Virus record (IMG/VR): IMGVR_UViG_3300050142_000050 | Coordinates: 96,001-160,000 of that record | Origin: a virus | Lineage: Duplodnaviria; Caudoviricetes | Length of the DNA: 64,000 nucleotides | Reading direction: 5' to 3' (one strand) | Shown here: piece after piece, positions 56,500-64,000 of the stretch | How positions within the stretch are numbered: position 1 is the first letter of the stretch | How the letters are laid out: the number at the start of each line of letters is the position of its first letter | The notes under the pieces: generated by a model | What the model was told of the DNA's origin: nothing | The model's database searches: none | Seen by the model: only the letters and a program-made list of their open reading frames with translations | Program-made: the position numbers and the translations under genes

Positions 56500-57933
56500 A
56501 TGCCTTTTGTAGACACTTCTTCACTGACATCCGGTCTCGCATCCTCCAAAGCATCGGTAGTGGCCGATGTACAGAACTATGCAGCAAAGACAGTCCCATC
56601 CATCCCCACGAATGCGGCATCGGCCGTATCTGGTGCTGTGTCGGGAGCTGCCGGTAAACTCTCCAGCACCGCAGGATCTATTACATCCTCGATCGGGGGT
56701 GTGACATCGGGCCTCACTTCTGCGGTGGGTTCTATCAACTCCAAACTTACCGGCGTGGTGGGTAAACTCACGAGTTCTGTATCGGGTACTCTCAATAAGG
56801 CATTTGCGAGTATCACCTCCAAGGGAGGTAGTACGAATACCACAGGTGTCTCTGACCCCACGGCTTCCACTATACCCACAGCCAATCCTACCACGACCGG
56901 CTTCACCATCTCAACTGATGCAGTGACACCAAAGGCTGCCGGTACGGGATCTGATTCTAGTTGGATCGGTACGTTGTCGACCAATATGTCGTCGACGGCG
57001 CTGACCACAGTGGTGGACCGTTATAAACTACCTGACTTCAATAAGCTGGGTAAGACACTGACATCCAGCAGTGGACTCTCTTCAGCAAAAGGTCTACTGT
57101 CCTCTGTGAAGAGCATCACCAACACGGTGACCTCTCCTATCAAGACAATCCGCTCGACGATCTCGACAGCGGTAGGTACCATCAATCAAGTCAAGAGCGG
57201 TGTTAGCTCTGTCGTATCTCTGGCTAAGAACACCACCGCTTCGATCAGTCGCGATGTGGCTTTGTTCAAGTCAGCCACATCCAGTGTCCAGAACGTACTG
57301 GGGACTAACTCCCTGAATGGGCTGTTCAGCGGAAAGACTCCCACTCTTACCGGGAGCACTGCGACAGTCGATGCCACGATGGCCAACTCCATCAGGACTC
57401 TGGCCAAAGCCGCTGGTTGTACGATACCTAACGATGAGTATACCTCCTCCAACGTACAATCGGCACTATTCGGATCAGCTCTGTCACTAGCTATCGCTCA
57501 CGGTATGACTGACATGGTAGCATCTCTTCTGAACTGTGAAACTGCATCGTCCGATAAGACTGCGGTCAGTACCGCTTTCGAAACTGCTGCCAACACCAAC
57601 ATCTCTCTGGCTGGTGATGTATTGGACAAGCTCGATGGGAGCTATGATGGACTGAGTGCCGATATCGACAAACAGCTCGTCACCAACAGTAGCCTCAAAT
57701 CCAGTGACGCTACTACCGCCAGTAGCATCCTATCCCGTCTGGGTACGACACCACTCACCACTCTATCGGTGGCAAAGATCGACACGGATTCATTACCGAT
57801 CATCGATCTGGGTACTGTGTGTAACTGTAACCCATCTTTCCTCGATAGTCTGACTGGAAGTAGCACTCTGAGTAAGTTCTCGAATGCTTCGACCATGACG
57901 ATGAACAGCACTGGAGCCCTCGCTTGGGCTTAG
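56500..57933 (+). CDS. Ser/Thr/Gly-rich probable virion protein (477 aa)
   Basis: AAGGAG ribosome-binding site; amphipathic low-complexity repeats. Confidence 0.75.
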   Translation: MPFVDTSSLTSGLASSKASVVADVQNYAAKTVPSIPTNAASAVSGAVSGAAGKLSSTAGSITSSIGGVTSGLTSAVGSINSKLTGVVGKLTSSVSGTLNKAFASITSKGGSTNTTGVSDPTASTIPTANPTTTGFTISTDAVTPKAAGTGSDSSWIGTLSTNMSSTALTTVVDRYKLPDFNKLGKTLTSSSGLSSAKGLLSSVKSITNTVTSPIKTIRSTISTAVGTINQVKSGVSSVVSLAKNTTASISRDVALFKSATSSVQNVLGTNSLNGLFSGKTPTLTGSTATVDATMANSIRTLAKAAGCTIPNDEYTSSNVQSALFGSALSLAIAHGMTDMVASLLNCETASSDKTAVSTAFETAANTNISLAGDVLDKLDGSYDGLSADIDKQLVTNSSLKSSDATTASSILSRLGTTPLTTLSVAKIDTDSLPIIDLGTVCNCNPSFLDSLTGSSTLSKFSNASTMTMNSTGALAWA

Positions 57934-58017
57934 ATGATTTATAAAAAGAACGAGATATATTATCCTAGGGTCCCCATAAGGGGCCCTAGGGTCCTCGATA
58001 TATCGAAAGAGTTGTGT

Positions 58018-58035
58018 CCTCATATTACCAAAGTG
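58018..58035 (+). promoter_or_regulatory. Putative early promoter upstream of the nvRNAP-subunit operon
   Basis: 18-mer identical to 2209-2226. Confidence 0.65.
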
Positions 58036-58103
58036 ACTTAGGGTATCCAAATTGATCGTTTTGGCCAACGATCACCCTGTCGCTAACTATGAGGAACTAG
58101 AAC

Positions 58104-59441
58104 ATGGCTGATATTCCAGGACACTACGTATTCCATCGTATCGGTCCTGGCAATAGTCAGGACGTGCGCTACTCTTATTCGGATAGCGTCAGCTCTCCCT
58201 CTCACACGTTCATGACATCGGAGGGTGAACACATCTATGCAAACATCATGAACGGTAGTGGTGAGGATTTGATCTTCGGCAATAGCCTGAGAGCCAAACC
58301 CAAACTAGTACCACCATCCACAGCCTCTCGTTTCCTACACAGTCACGGCGAGATCGTCGTGACAGTATGGCGTCGTGCAGGTACAGTCGTCACCCCAAAC
58401 CCCAATGTGAAACCTATCGTAAAGCCCATCCAGCAGGAAACCGTCAACATCCCTTATCGTCGTCTCGTGGACGGCGTGGTGTGGATCGAAGGTTTGGGTG
58501 GCTATCTCACACTGGCTGCCAACATCAATGCGCTGATCTCAGCTATCCGTGAGGATACCATCGATCCGACATGGGGTCCCATGTCCGTGAGCATGTCCCA
58601 CTATCTTCGAGACCCAAGTGAAGTATATGCTGATGGTCGTATCAAAGTGGATAGAGCTGTAGTCAACTCGGATAGTTTCTGGATCACATCGAGTGAACCA
58701 GAGCGTCTCGGGACAGTCCGGTTGTGCATCATGGATGTCCCTATCAATCCGAGCCTGAGCAATCGGGTATATGGGTCACTCAGTGTACCGCCAGGTATGG
58801 TGGAGATCCACTATGGTTCTCGTGGGAGTGAAGAGACAGCTCTGGTGAGCATCGATGTACTCATGCGTGATCGTGTAGTGCACTTTGACACGAGGCTGTA
58901 TGATACGATGTCTGGTCCATTCTTCGGAGGTGTGATCACTTGGGATCGAGATGCGCTGGTGGATTACATCCACGATCGTAAAGCGCGGTTCAAGTTCACA
59001 CGCGAGAAGGCAGCCCTGGCAGAGATGACAGCTGACTTTGCAATGAGTGAGAAGATCAAGGAGACTAATCAGATCATCGCAGACCGCGATGTGACGATTG
59101 CAGATCTCACTGAGCAACTCGAAGAGATGCGCAGTATCAACTCCAAGCTTGAGAAGCGTCTCAAGTTACAGCGTGAACAGGTCAAAGCTATCACCGATGG
59201 TGACGCACTCGGTATCGTGGCAGAGACCATCACCACAAAACTGGAGACCGAACGTCTCCAGGCACTCAATGATCGTCAGGAACAGATCAATAAGGAGAGT
59301 AAGAGTAAGATCGAGAATAGTGCAGTCAAGGTAAAGTTCGGTTTCGAACTGATCAAGAGCTCCATCGGTTTGATCGTAGCAGCGATCGGACTGGCGACAG
59401 CTGTATTGGCCTTTACTGCAAAGAAGAAAGGAGGCAAGTGA
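58104..59441 (+). CDS. Hypothetical protein with C-terminal coiled coil and TM anchor (445 aa)
   Basis: Heptad region followed by IGLIVAAIGLATAVLAFTA-KKK. Confidence 0.8.
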   Translation: MADIPGHYVFHRIGPGNSQDVRYSYSDSVSSPSHTFMTSEGEHIYANIMNGSGEDLIFGNSLRAKPKLVPPSTASRFLHSHGEIVVTVWRRAGTVVTPNPNVKPIVKPIQQETVNIPYRRLVDGVVWIEGLGGYLTLAANINALISAIREDTIDPTWGPMSVSMSHYLRDPSEVYADGRIKVDRAVVNSDSFWITSSEPERLGTVRLCIMDVPINPSLSNRVYGSLSVPPGMVEIHYGSRGSEETALVSIDVLMRDRVVHFDTRLYDTMSGPFFGGVITWDRDALVDYIHDRKARFKFTREKAALAEMTADFAMSEKIKETNQIIADRDVTIADLTEQLEEMRSINSKLEKRLKLQREQVKAITDGDALGIVAETITTKLETERLQALNDRQEQINKESKSKIENSAVKVKFGFELIKSSIGLIVAAIGLATAVLAFTAKKKGGK

Positions 59442-59482
59442 GCCTATGTCCTACATCCATGAAACCAGGAGGACGAGTATCC

Positions 59483-61039
59483 ATGTCAGTCACGAGTCTG
59501 GTGGCAAAGATTTCCACGCTCATGCCACAAATCAACCACCGAGCCATGAAGTATGCCACCGAAGAGGCCATCGATAACTCACACGAGTTCCCCGATGCAA
59601 TCTTTCGGGAAGCCATCAAGATCGTACCCGCCAATATCGAATATCTGGGTTACACGATCCTCGGTGCAAAACAACAGGCTAAGCATGAGATGGATCCTCG
59701 GACTGCAAAGCCCAAGATCTCTACTTGTGCGGTGACTGAATCTCACCTCAGACTGGTCTCCTATCGCTTCCGTTTCAACGGCGAGTATTACGAGGCTATC
59801 ATGTCTGTCCCGTATATGCACAACGGGATGTTGCATGTGAACGGTAAGCGTTCGATTGTCAACAAGGTACTCCTGGAGAAGACCTTCTTCAGGCAGAGTG
59901 ATAATGGGAAAGACGGGATCCAATTTACAACGACCCAATTACCGATTCCCTTCAATCGTAAATCGCCTGTGCGGATCAAGTCTTTGACCTCCTTCGCGGA
60001 ATATCAGGCAGGCATGATCACGACGAAGTTGTTCAGTGGTCAAATCACAGGGAAGTGCGGTGATACCACCATCGTACTTTATCTGATGGCTAAGTTTGGG
60101 GCCATCAAAACATTCCGGAAGATGGGTATCTCTCCGGACGATCTCTTCTTTGTCGATCACATCAATCGTGCCGATAAGGATCAGTTCGAGTATTTCTCGG
60201 CACTGAACTTCACGATCATTGGGGATGAGACTCCTCCTCTCCTCCTCAAGGTTCGCAAGAACGTCCTCGAGAACGAGGCTACAAAGAAGTTCGTGGTCAA
60301 CCTCCTCAAGGTCATGGGCTACTTTGACTTCCAAGATGTGAACAACGTCTATGACGCTGACGCTACCACTTGGAAGGTCATGTTAGGATTCACATTGAGC
60401 GCAGAGCGTTCGATGCCCAAAGCATGCAGCCTCGCAGACGCCAACCTGAACTCCGTGGACGTATTCATCGATCCTGCATCGAGGCGTCGTCTGGCCGAGT
60501 CCGGTATCATCGTGACGGACACATATGACCTGATGGCTCATGTGTTTGTCCACCTGGACTACTACCTGGTTAATCTCCGGGTGGAAGATCTCTACAACTA
60601 TCGACTCGATTCCAAGAGTGGTATCTTGATCGAGTTCTTTGCAAAGCGCATCTTCAATGCCATCTACGAGTTGGCTCATCGTTCTAACATCCAGGCCAAG
60701 GATGTGAACACGATGATCAAGAGGTGCTCTCGCAAATTCACGACAGCATCGTCCAGGAAGGACGATGATCAAGTGATCGTACCCCAAGAAATTGTGGGTG
60801 ACAATCTCCTCCTCTGCGGAGGATTGACGAAGGTACGTGTAGGCGGTAAGCCCGAGCATCGACTCGACCCATCGTGGCTTGCCGTAGAATCAATCGGAGC
60901 GTTTGGCGGTAACACGGTGAATAGGACTGGTTATATCAATCCTTACATCCCCACCGATCCAGACTCCGAGTTTGGGGCAATCATGATCCCCTCGTATGCT
61001 GAGGAAGTCGCAAGACTTAGCGAAATCCTTCCTCGGTAA
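59483..61039 (+). CDS. Non-virion RNAP beta-like subunit (phiKZ gp123-like)
   Basis: ATG 59483 follows AGGAGG; VPYMHNGMLHVNGKRSIV resembles the beta N-terminal GxFxINGxERV region; C-terminal SIGAFGGNTVNRTGYINPY. Confidence 0.65.
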   Translation: MSVTSLVAKISTLMPQINHRAMKYATEEAIDNSHEFPDAIFREAIKIVPANIEYLGYTILGAKQQAKHEMDPRTAKPKISTCAVTESHLRLVSYRFRFNGEYYEAIMSVPYMHNGMLHVNGKRSIVNKVLLEKTFFRQSDNGKDGIQFTTTQLPIPFNRKSPVRIKSLTSFAEYQAGMITTKLFSGQITGKCGDTTIVLYLMAKFGAIKTFRKMGISPDDLFFVDHINRADKDQFEYFSALNFTIIGDETPPLLLKVRKNVLENEATKKFVVNLLKVMGYFDFQDVNNVYDADATTWKVMLGFTLSAERSMPKACSLADANLNSVDVFIDPASRRRLAESGIIVTDTYDLMAHVFVHLDYYLVNLRVEDLYNYRLDSKSGILIEFFAKRIFNAIYELAHRSNIQAKDVNTMIKRCSRKFTTASSRKDDDQVIVPQEIVGDNLLLCGGLTKVRVGGKPEHRLDPSWLAVESIGAFGGNTVNRTGYINPYIPTDPDSEFGAIMIPSYAEEVARLSEILPR

Positions 61040-61065
61040 CTTTAACACAACCCACAGAGGTTCCC

Positions 61066-62922
61066 ATGTACCAGACACAGCCAAACCCTCCACTCATCAA
61101 CGCGCTTTACAATTCGTTGGTGGCCATCGGTCACCAGTACGTGGCATCGGGTCACATCGGTCGCCAAGCGTACGATGTCATGACACGGCTGTTTCAGCCC
61201 GGCGTCGGCGCAGAATGCGACCGCAATGTTCTTCGCATGCAAGGCGAGTTTGAGCACTATGCGCGCTCCACGCCAGGAGCCATCGTCAATGGCGGGGGTT
61301 ACACCGAACAGACGATTGCGATGTTCCTTTCGAACTGGATGCTGCCGACAGCGTCTACTATCTGTCAGCAAATGAATATCCCGCTGCACGGCCATCCTCA
61401 GCAACATATGCCACAGCCGGTAGGGGTCGGAATGATTCCATCCAATACCGGCCCTGCCGTGGGATTCATCAACCCGTCGAATGCTCCACAGACTGTGCAA
61501 CCACAACCGCACCAACCGGCTCCGCCACCCCCACAACCGCCAGTGGCTGCTCCTCAACAAGCAGCCACTCCGGCCCAACCGACAGGAGGTCAGACCGTGG
61601 GAAAACGAAAGACACCTCTATCGCTGATCCCAGTCGATAATCGGTCCGAGCATGACTTCATGAACGCGCCTGTCCCTGGCGCTCCGCATAACAGCATGGT
61701 AGGTCGTTGCTACGACTTGTACGAACACATGCGCTTCACCTACAACAAGAATACCGACATCTACTTCGATGTGGCTATGGGCAACATCGATGAGATCGAG
61801 GCCAGTGATGAGGATGCTCTCCGATCGTTCACGAGTAGTATGCCATCATCGATGATCAACCAAGCTTTTGTTGCACATCTGGCTTATAACCATGTGGAAC
61901 GAATCGCTGTCCCGATGAAATCCTTCCTTGAAGCACGTGACGTTATCTGGGGGGCCATCAATGACCCATCCATCGCGGGTATCGATATCGCGTTCTCTGA
62001 GCGCATCTGGCGCGCTGCCATCAAGGTCGTCGGCATGCTCCCTCGTGGACCCAGCATCGCGCTCGACCGCTATCTGACAGCAGCCGTCAATCGTGCTCTC
62101 TGGGTATCGATGCGCAACTCCAGTGCGACGAATGCATCGATCGTCATCGAAGAGCTGGCGGACTTGGTGGATGTGGTAGGTCCTGCCGCCGCCCTCAATC
62201 TCCCTCGCACTATCAATGGCGGTAAAGGCCTCCTGGCGAGGATTGTGGATGTAGCCATCGTCAATGCACTGGGCGGTAACACGGGCGTGATGTTCACATC
62301 GCCCGAGACGACCCCTCTGGAGGAGATCCGTACATCACGTGCATTCCCATCCTGCATCAAGGGGGTATATCCGTCCAAGCTGTTCATCCCTGACATCATA
62401 GATGGTGACTACGTCGAGAAGTTCATCCAGCGTATGCAGGATGGACCTGGTAAGGAATACACGTATCTGCTGTCTCGCCGGAAGATCATCGTGACCAATT
62501 CGCTCGATGAAGACATGGCTTATGGCGCCCCGGTACATCCGACTACATTTGTCGGTATCACTCCGAGGGTCATCGGTAAGTTCAAGCAGAACTTTGTCCT
62601 ACCTCATGATGGAATGCCTCTCGAGTTCTACTTGAGGGATTATCGCATCAATCTACCGATGGATGAGAAGAAGGCCAATCGTCGCCATATCCTGAGCACC
62701 TATTACGACGGTACGCAGGAGGAGATCGATGTCCTCAATATCACCTACAATAAGCTCACTGTCAAGCGCGTCCTCAAGAAGGACGAACTGGTCCGTGACA
62801 GCGTCGTCTTCTCGCTCCCATTCGGTGCGGGAAATGGCGCGCAATATACGAAGCTGGATCTGTTCTGCATGCAGGACGATAACGAGTCTGCGGGTATCAC
62901 CCACTTCGCAGCACACCGATAA
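61066..62922 (+). CDS. Hypothetical protein (618 aa) with Gln/Pro-rich linker
   Basis: GAGG ribosome-binding site; PQTVQPQPHQPAPPPPQPPVAAPQQ linker. Confidence 0.8.
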   Translation: MYQTQPNPPLINALYNSLVAIGHQYVASGHIGRQAYDVMTRLFQPGVGAECDRNVLRMQGEFEHYARSTPGAIVNGGGYTEQTIAMFLSNWMLPTASTICQQMNIPLHGHPQQHMPQPVGVGMIPSNTGPAVGFINPSNAPQTVQPQPHQPAPPPPQPPVAAPQQAATPAQPTGGQTVGKRKTPLSLIPVDNRSEHDFMNAPVPGAPHNSMVGRCYDLYEHMRFTYNKNTDIYFDVAMGNIDEIEASDEDALRSFTSSMPSSMINQAFVAHLAYNHVERIAVPMKSFLEARDVIWGAINDPSIAGIDIAFSERIWRAAIKVVGMLPRGPSIALDRYLTAAVNRALWVSMRNSSATNASIVIEELADLVDVVGPAAALNLPRTINGGKGLLARIVDVAIVNALGGNTGVMFTSPETTPLEEIRTSRAFPSCIKGVYPSKLFIPDIIDGDYVEKFIQRMQDGPGKEYTYLLSRRKIIVTNSLDEDMAYGAPVHPTTFVGITPRVIGKFKQNFVLPHDGMPLEFYLRDYRINLPMDEKKANRRHILSTYYDGTQEEIDVLNITYNKLTVKRVLKKDELVRDSVVFSLPFGAGNGAQYTKLDLFCMQDDNESAGITHFAAHR

Positions 62923-62929
62923 GGTAAGG

Positions 62930-62973
62930 GAGGTGGGGCAATGCCCCACCTCCTCTATCCTCTTATTTTTTTG
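62930..62973. terminator. Terminator between convergent genes
   Basis: gaggtggggc-aat-gccccacctc followed by a displaced TTATTTTTT. Confidence 0.7.
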
Positions 62974-62974
62974 A

Positions 62975-63823
62975 TCAGACACTCGTGTCCGTCAGCTGGC
63001 GCATTGATACGTTGACCTGACGGGTGAACTGAGCCGCCGATGTGGAGAAGGTGAAGCCGGCCTCGGTGACGTGTTCCACCAAGTGAGCATTCACGAGTTC
63101 TTCGTAGGTGAAGAACTCACCATCAGCACCCTCGACAGTGATGCTCTTGGTCGACGCGTAGATGTGACCATACTCACTCAGAGTAGCATAGCGAGCATCA
63201 CCACCATCGATGGCACCGACTGCTTCATACACTTCTTCACCAGTCACGACGATCGAGAGGGGGAGGTTGATCGAGATCGAGTCACCCAGATCCGTCACAG
63301 CACCGTTCGCGTCGGCAGTAGGCGGTGTAGGAGTCAGGTAGTCAGGAGTAGGCGTATAAGCCGTCACCACACCTGTGGAGGGATCCTTCTTGACATAGGA
63401 CACCTGTGAAGCCAAACGCGTCATCTTCTTGGCATAGTAGTGAGCATGCGGTACACCATCGATGTCCTTGACCACACGCAACGCATAGTTGGCGCGTTCT
63501 TCGGTCGTCAGCTCCGACTCCAGTGGTACCACACGGAAAGGACGCAGACCATAGAGGTTCTGGTTCAATGCCGAGACAGGCTGTGCCGACGACAGGATTT
63601 CCGAGTCATTCCTACGACCCTTGTTGCCGTAGACAAACCAGCCGATGTAAGGTGTGGTCTCATGATCTTGGTCTTCCAAGATACCCAGATGAGCATTGAG
63701 CGATGTGTTGAGCTCAGGACGAGGAGTGCAGTTGTACAGACGCTCCACTGCAAATGCAGCACCGCGCAGCGTGCCGCGAGCATTGATCACCGTGGCATTG
63801 ATAGCAGAAGAATTGGTAGTCAT
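62975..63823 (-). CDS. Probable virion (baseplate/tail) structural protein (282 aa)
   Basis: GAGGT ribosome-binding site; IGWFVYGNKGR and RPFRVVPLESELT...YALR...YYAKK recall a conserved phiKZ-like structural family. Confidence 0.6.
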   Translation of the reverse strand: MTTNSSAINATVINARGTLRGAAFAVERLYNCTPRPELNTSLNAHLGILEDQDHETTPYIGWFVYGNKGRRNDSEILSSAQPVSALNQNLYGLRPFRVVPLESELTTEERANYALRVVKDIDGVPHAHYYAKKMTRLASQVSYVKKDPSTGVVTAYTPTPDYLTPTPPTADANGAVTDLGDSISINLPLSIVVTGEEVYEAVGAIDGGDARYATLSEYGHIYASTKSITVEGADGEFFTYEELVNAHLVEHVTEAGFTFSTSAAQFTRQVNVSMRQLTDTSV

Positions 63824-63839
63824 GATTACCTCTTTCTAT

Positions 63840-63998
63840 TTAGGGAGCATAGTGGTGCATACCGAAGATCGGTAGCGAGATAGTCTGCACACTGTTAACT
63901 GTGACTGTACCTGGGTCACTCACGACAGCACGTTCTGGCGGCATACCTGCATCCATCACATCCATGATCGTCAGGACGGATTCGTGATAGGTACCCAC
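63840..63998 (-). CDS. C-terminal end of a gene starting beyond the window
   Basis: Open frame VGTYHESVLTIMDVMDAGMPPE...PIFGMHHYAP* ending just before the next ribosome-binding site. Confidence 0.6.
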   Translation of the reverse strand: MGTYHESVLTIMDVMDAGMPPERAVVSDPGTVTVNSVQTISLPIFGMHHYAP

Positions 63999-64000
63999 TG

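Overview
This window looks like 64 kb of a phiKZ-like jumbo phage genome (Chimalliviridae-type). The assignment rests on four split virion-RNAP-like subunits (beta N-terminal 8693-13303, beta' N-terminal 13389-16900, beta' C-terminal 50915-52303, beta C-terminal 55823-56488), a non-virion-RNAP-like beta part (59483-61039), a split family-B DNA polymerase, RNase HI, an SNF2-type helicase end, and blocks of tail, baseplate and head genes. Family calls come from motifs recognised by eye, not from database searches. Main points of interest: (1) a group I intron (13566-15373) that splits the beta' gene immediately after the catalytic DHDGD motif and carries an HNH endonuclease whose ribosome-binding site is sequestered in a hairpin; (2) a 1.7 kb RNA operon (about 6280-7990) in which three unexplained, heavily base-paired non-coding segments surround tRNA-Thr, tRNA-Ser and a DUF3140 gene; (3) a putative early cassette (46150-49900) of about 15 small genes, most encoding single-helix membrane microproteins, punctuated by five hairpins that share a conserved 4x4 internal loop; (4) accessory GroEL-like chaperonin, QueC-like fusion and HEXXH metalloprotease genes. 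The host cannot be determined from this window.
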